Shown in pieces: positions 21,231 through 35,259 of a stretch of DNA of 64,000 bases. The DNA is taken from NCBI RefSeq assembly GCF_016432865.1, contig NC_067401.1:205592001-205656000 (forward strand). The letters run 5' to 3'. The notes beneath the pieces are model-generated. The model was not told the origin of the DNA. It saw only the letters and a list, made by a program, of their open reading frames with translations, and made no database searches. Within the stretch, counting starts at the first letter, position 1; each line of letters opens with the position of its first letter. The DNA is from Antechinus flavipes (taxonomy: Eukaryota). A program made the translations under genes and the position numbers.

Positions 21231-24200
21231 TCTATATTTTCTACCTCCCTCCTTTTCCCCCCCTTGAGAAGGCAAGCAACTTGATATCATATGCAATTAT
21301 ATAAAACATATCTTTATATTAGCTATGTTACAAAGAAAAGAAAAAATTTTTAAAGTTTTTAAAATGTTTCAATCTGCATTTAGATTCCATTAGTCCTTTC
21401 TCTGGAGGTGGAAGAAGGGTCATTCTTAAGATTATGATGATAATGATAATGACAGCTCATAGTTATAGAAAGCATTATGCTTTGCAAAGCACATTACATC
21501 CATAATCTCATTTAACCTTCACAGCAACTATCTGAGATAGATGTCCCAACTTGGCTTCATTAGGACCATACATTCAGTCATTCAACAAGTATTCCTGGAT
21601 TACCATCTTTTTCCTTTTAAAATGTTTTATTGATCCTTTTAACTTATTGATATGATTATCTTTTTTTAGTATTCCTTCACATAGTAATGTCCCTTCTTCA
21701 CCCTCACCCCATTTGACCCCTTTTGGTAATATAACCAATGTGGGAATTTTTTTCTTTGACTGTCTACATTTGTTATAGTTTCTTTTTTTAAAAAGCCATG
21801 TTTCATTTCCCCTTCATTCTCTCTAGCCATTTCCTCCCCCTGGCTGACAACTTGAGCATCATCCCCCCTCACCCCTCCAATTCTGGAAGCATGAACTAAG
21901 ATCAAATTATATCAAATCAGCTTACTCCCTCAAATGTCCTACTTATCATCCCCATAATTTTCCGAATGAAAATGACACCTATCCCATCACCACTCCCCTA
22001 CTGATGTTGTTTTCCTCCTTAAGCTTCTTTATAACGCCTGTGGGTAGATACAAAGATATTCATGAAGGATTCTTGACTTGAGGAGCTCATATTCTAAAGA
22101 AATGAAATTTAAAGGGAGCAAGAGCAAGTTAGTTTTGCCAGGAGGAAATCTATGATTTTATATCTGTATAGCACTTGCTATATAGTGGATTATTTGTGAA
22201 GACAAAAGATATGTATATTTATATGGCTTATCTAAATACATAGACACAGCTCAAGGGTGGAGGGATAATTACCTTTGGAATATGGTCCATTCTACTCAAA
22301 AAAGAAGAGTACCATTCCTACTTTGAGGGAAACAGGAGTAGAACTATGACTGGACATTTGCTCTTCCTTTTGCCTATCTTTAAGAGAAATATCAGACTAA
22401 AATAAAAATCTGTCTTCTTGAATATTAGTAGTCTAGGGTTAAGAGTGGCTCAGAAGAAAAGCTGCTTTTCTGGTTGCACTTATATGGGAGAACAGATCTT
22501 ATATTCCCTAGCTTAGCTCTTTCTTACCAAATGCCAATTATATAAAAGACCATCATAAATAGCAAATAAAGCCATATGTTCAAGCAAACAGAAAATAGAA
22601 ATAGAGACTTATTTAAACTAGACAATACCAAAGAATGTACCAGAGTGAATGAGCTCTTTAGCTGAGAGTAAGATGAGATCTCAGCTCAAACCAAGAGAGC
22701 TCAATCTCAACTAAAGAGGTCCATTTTGCAGTTTATAATGAAGCAAACTAGAAATACCCTGAAGGGCCTGCTCCCCCAACATGTCTGCAGCTTGTGTGTG
22801 TGTGTGTGTGTCTGCCAAAGACATTCTGGAAACACAGATGTTTCTCTCCTCAAAAGCTCTGCCACTAACTCACAAATGAGGTTCACAGAGTTGCTTCATG
22901 TTCAGCATTATCCTTGCCAATTCAGAATCACATGTTTCTTCTGTCTACAAAGTCACATGCAAAAAAGCCTCAGGCTTGGTTGGAAGCCTAATTACAATCG
23001 TTTGCAAGCCATGTGCACTTGGCAAGGTAATGCTGTGGGAGGTAGTGAGAACACTTAAGCATTAAATCCCAAGTCCGGGGTTCAAATCTTTGCTCTAACA
23101 ACGATTAGCTATACAAGCCTGGACAAGTCAGTCATGCTCTCTATAATTTACTTTTCTCATGTGTGAAATAGAGATGCAAGAGCTCATTGCTAAAGAGATT
23201 GCCTCTGTGACAAGAAAACCTGACTTCAAGTCCTGTTTCAGACATATATTGACTATATACTCTGGGTAATTAACTTAACTTCTCAGCACCATTCATACAA
23301 CGTTCTTAAGATTGTAGGTTGCTTTTGTACACTGAAAGCATCCTATGAATTCATAGATCAGGTTTAAAAAAAATGAGGTAATAGTATCACCCATTTAACA
23401 GAGTTATCAAAAGAAAATTATTTAAAGCTCCATTTAAGTATGAATTATAACATTTAATTGAGCCCATTCAGAGATGGGCAGGAATTCTATATTGGTCCAA
23501 ATTTCAATTCTGCTTGCTCTCTCAAATCTGGATTGGACAAAACCTGAGTAAGGTAGCAAAAAACAAAAACAAAAACCTTAAAACTAATGGAATGTCTGCC
23601 TATTGGGGGATGACTAGACAAGTTATGATACATGTGAAATGATAAAATAGACATTTTTCAGAAGATGCCTATGAACTGATATAAAGTAAAAATCAGGATA
23701 ATAATGTATACAATGATAACATGATAAAAACAATTTTGAAAAACTTAAGAACTCTGATTAATACAATGACAATGATTCCAGAGAATTGAAAATGAAGTAT
23801 GCTACCCATCTCTGACAATGAGATGATGGATTCAGGGTGAAGAATAAGACTTTTTTTTTTTTTTTACATAAACAATTTAGAACTTGTTTTTCTTTTACTG
23901 TCCATATTTGTTATCAAGATTTTATTTTTTCCTTTTTTGATCTGATTTTTTTTTTCTGAGGCAATTGGGGTTAAGTGACTTGCCCAGGTCACAAACCAGA
24001 AAATGTTAGGTGTCTGAGGTCACATTTGAACTCAGGTCCTTCTGATTTCAGGGCTATTTCTCTATCCACTACACTAACTAGCTGTCCCCTATTTGATTTT
24101 TTTTGTACATCATGATAAATGTGGAAATATGTATAGAGGAAGTGCATGTATTTAACATATATTGGATTACTTGCTGTCTAGGGGAGGGGAAAGGGGAAGA

Positions 24201-27200
24201 GAGGGAGAAAAATTTGGAGCACAAGGTTTTGCAAGGGTGAATGTTGAAAACTATCTTTGCATGTATTTTGAAAATAAAAAGCTATTTTTAAAAAAGATTT
24301 TCTTTTTTTTTAATTGTTCAATTGGAGGGAGGCATGTGAAGGGGAAAAAAGAAATGCTTATTAATCAGAAACAATAATAAACTTAAATTGAAGTGGGGGA
24401 AGGAGAAGTATTAAACAACAACCACAAAAATCTGAGTGTTGCCTGGAATTGCCCTGTTAGCATCATAGATACAGCTTAAGTCTCTCCAGCAACAGGAATA
24501 GTTTCTCAACATGACCACCTCTCACTCCCCATCTCCTAACTTCCAGACCCAGGCTTCTGGTGCACAAGTGAAAGGACACATAAAAGTGGGTTCCCTACCA
24601 TTGCCAGATCCTTGCCCCAATACTTTGGAATTAGGAACCTTTTTACAAATTCCATCTGCTTTTACTGTGCATTCCTGAGCACGGAGAGAATAGTTGGAAA
24701 GAGGAAGGAGAGACTTGGGAGTTCCTTTCCTCAAACTCCACTTTCTTCTTGACCCTTAGATGACCTCGGGGTGATGACTCAATTTTAAAGTTGGCATTTG
24801 GTGAAACTCTAAGTCCCCAAGCCAGTATAAAGTAGGATGTGCATGGAAGAGGAAGAACTGTGTTGCAAACATACTTTTCCCCTATTTTATCTCATACCAG
24901 GAAGTAGATGAAGAATGTTCATAAAGAATTTTTGTAAATCAAATCTTATTTCTCCCCATTCTCTCTCCCTACCATTTTTCTCCCCCCCACCTCCCATGTC
25001 CATTTCCCTACCTTCCCCTCACCCCTACAATCAAGTGACTTATTCTATCCTTAGACCAAAACTTTATCCTGATTCCTGATTTATGAGGCAATTTGGTACA
25101 ACAAAATGAGCCCTGAATTTGGAAACAGAGGGCTTAGGTTTAAAGGTCCCTTGCAGGTCTTGGGATCTTGGGATTTAACTTCTCTGTAATTCAGATTGAG
25201 GAGCTGTCTTAAAGGATGGGAAGAACATTCCCAGCCCTTAAAAAAAAAAAAAAATCCAAAAAACCCTTTGGAATTTCTGCTTTTGTCGCCAGGTGTCAAA
25301 TTATGGAGAGCTTTGAACTGATTTAGGAGGGGAAAAAAGCCTGCCATTCAAAGTCAGTCTCCAAGGGAACCTGGATCCCAAACCAAGCTGGTTGGAAAGG
25401 GGGGAAGTGAGGTAGAGGCAAGTGCTAGGGGCTGAATGGGGATTTTGCATGTGTTCGGAACATGAGGTATCTGCGAGTGCTGGATGGAGGTGGCTGGGTG
25501 GATGTGGAGCTGGGTGGGAGGATGCTATAGGACTAAAGGGAAGGGGGAAGGGTTGGAAAGAACCATCTGTCCCTCCTGGCTTCCAGCCAGGGATTGGGGG
25601 TCATCAGAGATAGGGAGAGATCTTAGATTCAGGTCATCTAGTGTAAATCCATAGTTTTACAAATCTGGAAACTTGGATCTGGAGAAATTTGCCCAAGATC
25701 ACACACATAGTAAGTGGCAGAGGTAGGGTTGAAAGTCAGGTCCTGTGAATTAGCTTTCCTTCTACTGTGCCCTACTCCTCAGAAATGAGGAGAAAGCTAG
25801 TAAGGCATAACACCATGGTTACACTTATTTTGGATGCAGGGTCAAGGGATGCAGTGGACTCACCTGGCCCTCTGTGTGCAAGGTATCACCATGGTATTTG
25901 AGCCTGGACAGTTTCTTAAACTCTGTCTGCCTTGGACAATTCCCTGGATCAGAAGTCCTTCACATTAGGTCACCCCCTGAAACCCCTTCAGGGGTGCTTT
26001 TCTAACAATAACAAGAGGTTTTAATTTCTAATAATGTGGTAAAATTCAATAAATATGGCACAATAATTCTTAGTTATTGTCCACTCTTTTCAGTCAGGGT
26101 CTGACTCATTTGGGATTTTCTTTTTCTTTGCAAGGCAATTGGGATTAAGTAACTTGCTCAAGGTCATACAGCTTGTAAGTGTTAAGTATCTGAAGCTGGA
26201 TTTGAATTCAGTTCCACCTGATCCCAGGGTCAGTGCTCTATCCATTTTGTCACCTAGCTGCTCTTTGGGAGTTTTCTTAGCAAAGATACTGCCATTTTCT
26301 TCTACAGTTCATTTTACAGATGAGGAAACTGTGGGAAAAAAGGTAAAGTGACCTGGCTAGGGTCACACTGCTACTAGTGTCTGAAGCCAGATTTGAATTC
26401 AGGAAGATGAGTTTTCCTAATTTCAAGACAGGCAGGAAATTCATGTAACTGGCTGAATACTTATACTGAGTACTTGGGCCTGGAGTCAAGAAAAATCATC
26501 TTCCTAAGTACAAATCTGGACTCACTTTACTAGTTTACAGAGAGACTCTGAGCAAGTCACTCAACCCCATTTGCCTCAGTTTCCTCATCTGGAAAATGAA
26601 CTGCAGAAGTAAATAACTCTAGTATCTTTGCCAAGAAAACCCAAATGGCATCACAGAATCTAACAAGACTAAGCAACAACAAATTTTACAAAAGACTTAG
26701 AGATCAGTGAACTCATACTAGTGGGAAAATTCTCACAGAATCTTTCAAACAAATTGGAATTTTAAAAAATGTGATATATTTTTTAAATTACATGTAACCT
26801 GTGTATCAGTCTCATTTAAGAGAATATGCTATATCCAAAAATAACCTCTCCATTTTAGAGTAGAAGAAATTGAACCTTAGGTAGATAAATAGACTTGTCC
26901 AATTTTTTTGAAGCTTGTAGTAAATGGAAAGAATGATGATCTCTGAATAGGTATATGACGTATTAATCTCACACAAGAGCAAAAGCAAATGTGATGGATG
27001 AATAAATAGTATGAAATCTGAAGCTCCAACAGGAGACGTAATCCACCCAAGACTAGAGAACTAGCTAGTAACAATTGAACTTGAAATGGAAATATTGATG
27101 GATTTGTAGTCAGGAGAGACAGGTTTGAAGCCCAGTTCTGACACTAAACCTTTGGTAAATCAGTTAATCTTACCAGTTTCATTGCCATCAGAAAAATGGA

Positions 27201-29736
27201 GGTAACAATATCTACAAAACTTAATCACAAGCTTTAAAGTGTCATTTGTATATGCAAGTTATTATTATTTCCACTAAATCACAGAATTCCCAGATGGGGA
27301 CAACTGTGATCTAGGAGAGGGTTGGACAGCATCAGTTTGGGATTGGGATGTGTTAGACTGGAATCAGGTGGGTGCTAGATTTGGCTTCTACATTTGATAC
27401 TTACTAAATGTGTACCATGAGCAAGTAATTAAACTTTCTGAACCTTAATCTCCTCATTTGTAAAATAGAGTATACCATTAATATCTATCTCATAAGACTG
27501 TTGTGGATAGTTTCTTCAACTTCCCTTTTCAGCATATCATAACCTCATGATAATATTTCCCATTCTCTCTCCCTTTTTTCATTATTTACCTTGCAAGCTA
27601 CTTTCCATGTGCTCTTGATTTCACCCATCCCTCCTTCTCCTGTAGAATTGAGGCACTTTTTTTCCCAATCATTTAATTAATTCTCTATGATCCCATTTGG
27701 GTTTTCTTGGCAAGAATACTAGAGTGGCTTGCCATTTCTTTCTTCAGCTCATTTTACAGATGAGAAAATTGAAGCAACACAGTTAAGTGACTTTTCCAGG
27801 ATCACCAGCTAGTAACTATCTGAGGCCAGATTTGAACTCAGGCTTGGAGTCCACCAACTGTGCCACCTAGCTGCCCCTTTAGCAGAATGCTCCCCACGAG
27901 TCTCCCTAGTCTTCAGTCTCTTCCTATCTACTGGTTTATTCCCTGCTGCTTACAAATATGTTCAATGCTCTCCCTTTCTTAAAACATCTCTGTTAAACTC
28001 AAACATCCTCTCTAGGTGTTATACCATATCTCTCCTAGATAAAGCCAATGGTACTCACTGTCTTCACTTTTCATTTTTTTGCTCTTCTTTTTTTTTTTTT
28101 TAACCTCATCATTATACAGACACTGCTCTCCCCAAAGTTACCAATGACTCAGAATAACATGTACACTTGTAGCAATATTAATAAATTGCCAAATCTCCAT
28201 TCTCGGGCTTCTTGATCACTCAAACCTATGAGATATTTTGAATGGAATATTTCTCCAGTGTTTCAAATTTGAAATGTTCAAAAAAAGAAGTCACTATCTT
28301 TTCCCCAAAACCCACTTCTCTTATGAATTTCCTGAACTTTCTTGTTTCTCCTGAGTGTATTACAATACCTGTGATCACCAGGTTTGTCATTCTCAATTCC
28401 TTGGTCAACCCACATAGCCAATCCGTAGTCACCCATCACCCCTCCCCCCCAGCTTTTCATTTTTATTTTTAAATTTCTATTCCCTCTTATGTTTGTCTCT
28501 TTTTTTCTATCCATTTAGCTGCCACCCTCCTTAAGATACCAGCTCCCACTTGGAGTAACTGCAGTGGCCTCCTCCACAAATAGCTGCCAATAAGGTTTCC
28601 CCAAAGCACACAAATTCCAAAAGCTTCCAACCACCCCTGGAATTAAATGTAAACTCTAGCCCCTTTCTAGCTGCCTTGTTATCCATTATTCTCCTTCACA
28701 CTCCCTATGGCCCATTCCAGCTGGCCTTCTTACTGTTCCTTCTCTACATTTCCCCATCCCTAATCTGCCTGCTGTTACTTAGTGCCTAGAATAGTCTTCA
28801 ACTCTGTCTCTTAGAACCTCATCTCTTTCAAGACTCAAATGAAGAATGATTCTCTACATGATAACACAAGATATCCATGATAACGATTATGATTTTCTAC
28901 CTCTGGGCTTCTCTGAAGCCCCAGCTAAATCCCACTTTCTTCAGGGAAGCCTTTCCCAATTCCCCTCAATTCCAGTGCTTTTTTCAGTTGATTATCTCCA
29001 ACTTATGAGGCTTATTTTACCATAATTGCTTGCATATTATCTCTCTCATTAGATTGTGAGCTCCTTAAGAGCAGGAGCTTTCTTTTGCTTTTCTTTGCAC
29101 CTCCACCATTTAGCACATAGTATGATACTAATTAATTTGCTGTATTTACTGACTTATACATGAGGACTTAGCTGACACCCAGTCCTCCTCCAACAGTTAC
29201 CTTACATCTATCTCAATCAGTAAACATCTGTATAAACATATATTTCTAATAATTACCTTGCATGTTTTCTTTCTTCCTCCCCCCCCAAATGTATGTATAT
29301 ATATGCTCTTTTGCATCCATTTTCTATCTACATCCACATGTATGTATAGATATAAGTATATATATGTGTATGGTATATAGATACATGGATGTTCACATAT
29401 AGAACACACACACATTTAATACTTACATCCATACACACGTGTGTGCACTGCAAGCATGTGCATGCCCAGGTACACGTGTTGTTCCCTAGAATGTAAGCTC
29501 CTTGAAGGCAGGGGCCGGTTCACTTCTGAGTTTGTAGTCCCGGCAACCCCTCGTAGTGCCTGGCACATAGGAGGCGCTTAATAAACGCCCGCTTGTTGAT
29601 TTACAACGCAAACAGAACGCTTTTCAATCCTTTAAGTACCACATAAATGTCGGCTCTTATTACTGTTCCCACCTTCTCACCCCTCCCTGGGGACCCGCTT
29701 CCTCTCTTCCCCCTCCCCTCAAATAGCAACGATGCC

Positions 29737-30050
29737 ATTGGTCACAGCAGCCACCATAGGCCCTCTGATTGGTCGGAGCGGGCACCAGCCCTCCCTTCCC
29801 CATTCGTCAGTCGATGAACTCCCGTCGAAGGCCCATTGGCTGTTTCGCACTCGGGCGCTCATTGGTTACGGGAGCGAGCTGGAGGTAACTGCACAGGAGG
29901 TGAGGGCTACTGGGCGAAGAAGGAGGGAAGGAAGAAGAGTGAGGGGCTCGCCGTTGCCGTGGTGACGCCCAGGCACGTGTGCAGTCCCGGAAGTGGCTCC
30001 AGGAAGCGGCCGCACGGTGGGGGGGGAGGAAGTGCCGGCCCGGCCCGGCC
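29737..30050 (+). promoter_or_regulatory. CNPY3 CpG-island promoter
   Basis: Four reverse CCAAT boxes (ATTGG at 29737, 29768, 29835, 29861), CACGTG at ~29974, ETS CCGGAAGTG at ~29987, CpG-rich through ~30360. Confidence 0.75.
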
Positions 30051-33000
30051 ATGGAGCGGCCGCTGCCGCCGCCGCTGCCGCTCGCGCCCCGGTCCCGGCC
30101 CCACCGCTTCCTCCTCCTTCTGTTGCTGCTCCTGCTGCTGCTCCTGCTCTCCCCCTCGGAGTTGAGTGCCTCGGCTGAGGAGACCGATTGGGTCCGACTG
30201 CCCAGCAAGTGCGAGGGTGAGGGGGGTGGGGTCGGGATGGATGGGGGGGAAGGAGTGCGAGGAGGACGAAGCGGAACTTGATGTGGAAGCGGGGGTGGGG
30301 CCTGAAGGGAAAGGGCGGGTCCTCTTGGTGGGGGGCGGGACTTAGGGGCGGGGCGGGGCTTGGGTTTAGGGCAAGAGGCTGTGCTAGGAAGCAAAGAGCG
30401 GAGAGATAAAGAGAGGGGGCTCTTGTGGAAAAGCTGAGGTCTGTGCCTGGCACTTAAGAGGTTCTTAATTAGTGATAGTTGAATTGAATGGTAAGAAGAT
30501 AATAAATGGAGAAGGGAAAAGGATCTCAGGCAGAAAAGGGAAAGCAGTAAGTAGTGCCTTAGACCTAGAGTCAGGAAGGCCCGAGTTCATATCATACCCC
30601 TGACATTCAGTAGTTGTGTGATTCTGGGCAACTTATTTAAACCTTTGCCTCAGTTTCCTTTTTAGGAAAATGGGATAATAATAGAACCTGCCTCGTAGAG
30701 TTGTGAGAATCTGTCTATATTATATATTAGCAGCATATGTGAGGATGGGAAAGAAAGGGGATAGAAGGAGTGAAGGGCAGAGTTTAAAAGAGTATATAGT
30801 TGTTTTTTAAAAATGTTCCAGAGAAGGTAGGGAAAAAAGGGATGGCAGTGGGTAGAGCACTGGTCGAGTATTCAAAAAGACGAGTTCAAGTCATTCCTCA
30901 GATACTTACTAGTTCTGTGATCTTAGGCAAGTTACCTGATTGTCTGCTAATTTCTTCATGTATAAAACAGAGATAATAATAGCACCTCCCTTTTAAGGTG
31001 GTTGTAAGGATCACATGAGATAGTAGTTAGTAAAGCTCTTAACGCGGTGCTTGGCACATAATAATTGCAATGTAAGTGTCAGCTCATGATCATTATTAAT
31101 AATCATGAAAGGAGAAAAGTTGGAAAGTTTGAATTTCTAAAGGCTTTTTGATTCCCTCTACTTTGGTATCATTTTGGTGAACACTTCTTTCAGGAAGTCC
31201 TTCTGGATTCCTGTAGATATGGACTCAAGTCCTTATACTTATTATTACTGGCCCAGTGACCCTGGGAAGTTCACAAGATTCCTCTGGGCCTCATTTTCCT
31301 CACAAATAAAATGAAAGAATCATCTGGATCATCCCTTTCTGTTCAATAGTTGTTTGACTTATTTTATACCATATTTTGTCTAACATGTCTGTGCACATGT
31401 TAGATTGTAAACACTTTGAGGGAATATTTTCATCTTTGTGTCCCAGTACAGAGGACAGTTCCTTGTGCATAGTAAGCATTTAATGAAATTTGATGAATTG
31501 AAATGAGAACTGCTTTTCCACTGCTTAGACATTTCTTAAGTATGTAGAGTGCCTTGCTATATTCCAGGGAAAATATTATTAATGAGAGAGTCATCCCAGC
31601 CCTCAGAAATCTTATAATCTTGTAGGCCAGGCCACTTGTTTCCTCTCCATCCTAGCTCAGAATATCTCGTTTCACCAGTTTTTGTTCTCCCCTCTCTCTC
31701 CGCACTCACTCTCCAGGTCGAGGATCCCTCCATCTATCCTGCCTCCCTTGGCAGAGGGCTTTTTATGGTTTCATTTTTTCTTCCCACTTTTTTTCGTTAT
31801 CTTGAAACTAAGGGGCCTCAAGGACAGTTTTTTTTTCTCTTTACTCTCACTTTAGTTCATGTTCTTAGAATGAGGTCAGAGTTTTCTCCTAACAGGGAGA
31901 ATTTTAGAGCTAAAAGTGATTTTATAAGAAAACTAGATCAAGAACTAGAAGACCTAGGATTGTGTGATAGATATGTCCTGAGAAACTAATCAGTTTACCT
32001 CTCTGAGTCTCAGTTTCTTCATCTATAAAATGGAGAAAAGATTAACCCTGCTTACTCATAAGATTAGTGTAAGAGTCAGATGAGACAGTGTATGTGAAAT
32101 CTAAAGTTCATCTAATGTTTATTGTTAAGTGGATACAAAGATAGATATGACACAGATATTGGGACAATAAGTTTACAGATAAGGATGATACAGAGCAAGT
32201 AAGAAAAGTATAAAGAGTTTAGACAAAGACACTTGAGGAGGAAAAAATGATTTTAAATAAAATTGGGTTAGGGATGACCTAAGTGGAAATAGGAAAGAGG
32301 AAGAGTCCATCTCAAGCACGGGGCATAGCACGTCAGATAAGGCAAACAAAAGGTGTTTTAACAAAATAAGAATATAGTAAAACTTTGGGTAATTCATTTC
32401 TCTTGGAGTTTGATACCACTGGTGTAAGCAGAAGCAAGGAGGTAAGAAGCAGCATGATGGGAATTAAGGAGGAAGATAACCCAGTTTGGCTGGAATCTAG
32501 ACAACTCAATGAGAAAGGGGGTAGTATAAGGTTGGAAAGGTAGGTTGGAACCTAATGGAGGGCCTAGAATACTAAAATGGAAGTGTATGCTTATATTTGG
32601 TAGATGGCATTGGTTGTTATTATCCCCCCTCCTCATTTTATAGGCGATTCAACAAAGATGGTTAGAGCTTCACACTGATTTGGCAAATTCCAGCCCTCAG
32701 GCTTTTCTTTACTATGCTATTATTAATAATAATTTTATATTCTCATATAAGTGTTTATTGTGCCTGGCCCACAGAGCTGGGCTTCTGGCCCATTAGCCTG
32801 GGAGAGAGACAGGCCTCAGCACATGTGAACGTTGTGCAGATGCCCAGGAAAGGGATGGGTGGGTGGATAGCCAGGAGTTTCTGGGTTCCATGCCACAGCC
32901 TCCCCAGTTCTGGTTCTGGGTGGGATCCCCAGAGGGGCTTGTTAGGTGGTGAAGTTTGGAGGAGTTGAGGAGATGGCTTATGGTTGGATGGGTGTAGAGT

Positions 33001-35211
33001 AGGAGGGTATTCCAAACCCCCAGGCCTCGCAGAATTCACACAGAGGGCGTGGGAGAAGGGGGCAGAGAAGCCAGAAAGATGATGTGCTTTCCTGGAGTGA
33101 AGGGATTGAATTGAGGAATGTAGAAAAAGAGATAGCAGATGGCATGAAATGGAGAACTAGGGAGGTGAGCTGTAATTTAAATTCAGACTCTCAAAGAACC
33201 AGCTTATTTGATGAAATTATTCAAGAATCATTTCTTTATGTCCCTAGATAGAGTCTCAAGGCAATTAGTTAATGCATATGATAGAAAATACCATCATATG
33301 ACTTTCCAGGGCATGTTACTTGTCACTGGTAAATTGGTTTTCCATCAGCTTTTGCCATCAATATTTTAATTGTAATAAAGCTTAGGCTCAAGGCTATATT
33401 GCATTAAAAGGGGCATGAGGACCTGCTTAGTCCATAAGCAAATGTTAAGTCATTTTGTCCTCCTTTCAACAATATTTATTGCTTATTGAATATCTATTGT
33501 ATAACAGTCACAGTGAAAAAGAAAGAAATAGAAAATAAAGACCTTAATCTTGAGATGCTTATAGCCTGGAGGGAAGGAAGAGACATGAGAAAGTAGCCCA
33601 AGACATTTTTAAAATGCCACACAAGGAAGGCCAAATAAAGAAATTCATTTTGAGTATTTAAGTGTTAAAGGGACCCTGTAATCAGAAAATCAGTAAGCAT
33701 TTATTGAATTCCCATCATGTGGCAGGCACTTGTTAGGCATTGAGGATACAGAAAAAAGAGGGGGGGAAATGGCAAAACCTCCAACTTCCTTTCAAATGGG
33801 GAAAGCAACACTGTTCATGTATACTAGGTCACTTAATGGGAAAGCTGCAGCAAGAAAGCAAGAAAGAACTTCCTGCAGAAGAAAAAGCCAGGGATCCCAA
33901 GAGAAGGGGGTGAGGTGGTAATGCTTCTGGCTCAGGAACGTGCATAGCAAAATGTCAGGGCATAGAAATGAGAAAGAAAATGTCTTATATGAGAAATAGA
34001 AAGAAGGCTGATATGACTGGGTTATAGAATGCATGGAGGGGAATAATATATGATAGAGGTAGGAAAGGGTAAATGGTAAAAAGCTTTAAAACAAGAGTTT
34101 ATTGAGAAGGGGAGCGACTTAGTCAGATCTATGATTTAGGAAAATCACTTTGATAATTAACATAAACAGCAAGATGAGCATCAAGTAGGTTCATCCAAAG
34201 AAAGGGTTTCCTAGAGGTACTGAAGATACTGAATGTGGATTGGGTAGCATGAGCAAGAAAGGTGTTCTAGGCTGGTGGAGGGGGTGGGGGAGAGGAGGGA
34301 GGAGATGGTGTTTTCATCAAAAGAAAGCTGGAACAGACAAATCCTGTGGGAGACTGGCAATAAATTTGTTTGACTGGAGCAAGAAAAGGACAAGAAATAG
34401 GCACTGAAGGGAACTTGGAATATGGGTCTCAGGTTTGCCTTAGCTGGAGAGTGCCCTGAAGTGTCATCCATTCACCCACCTATGCTCTGCCTCTTTCTCC
34501 TAGTGTGCAAGTATGTAGCCGTGGAACTGAAGTCAGCTTTTGAGGAGACGGGCAAGACCAAGGAAGTGATTGATACAGGCTATGGCATCCTAGACCAGAA
34601 AGCCTCCAGAGTCAAATATACCAAATCGTAAGTGAGCAGTGGGTACATAAGTCTGCCTTAGTCCATTCCTGGAGGTGATGGGGACTATCTGCCCCCTTCT
34701 CATCTCCCAGGAGAAAACAATGACTCATAAGGCCATGTGATGGAATGGAAAAAACATTGATTTAGAAATCCATAGAGTTGAGTTTTAGTCCTGGTTCTGC
34801 TACTAATCATTGTTAAATCTTGAGCAAGTGATTTCCTTTCTGTGGGCCTCAGTTTCCTTATCTATAAAAGAAGCGTGTTTGACTATATGGTCTCTCTAAG
34901 GCCCATTCTGGCTCTGGCATCCTGTGATTCTATGGTTTCCTCCCTCCCCCCCGCCCCCAGGTAGGAAAAACTTGTCCTTATTCCTGTGGTGGCAATAGTA
35001 GGAACCAACTGGAAATGGGTGGGGAGATCAGTACTCTTTATGTTGACATTTCTTCAGGGATCTTCGGTTAATTGAAGTAACTGAGACTATCTGCAAGAGA
35101 CTTCTGGACTATAGCTTACATAAGGAAAGGAGTGGCAGTAACCGGTTTGCTAAGGTTGGTATCATCCCCTTCATTCATTCATTCTGTCTGAAAGAGAGAG
35201 TGAGTGAGTGA

Positions 35212-35259
<48 letters not shown>

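Noticed and set aside
22726-23058. 110-aa ORF with a faint FTEL / TCF..LQ resemblance to OAS
   Set aside because: Begins at TTG, runs through a (GT)n repeat, has no proper acceptor, and the similarity cannot be distinguished from chance.
25864-25892. Minus-strand accATGG plus a perfect CAG|GTGAGT donor
   Set aside because: No promoter features and no compatible downstream exon giving more than a few codons.
26933-27020. C/D-box-like motifs (ATGATGA ... CTGA)
   Set aside because: Intergenic, no convincing terminal stem, no recognisable rRNA guide.
29807-30453. Several long ORFs (up to 195 aa) on both strands over CNPY3 exon 1
   Set aside because: Stop-poor shadows of a GC-rich CpG island, low complexity. 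The 29979 start is GTG; the real ATG is at 30051.
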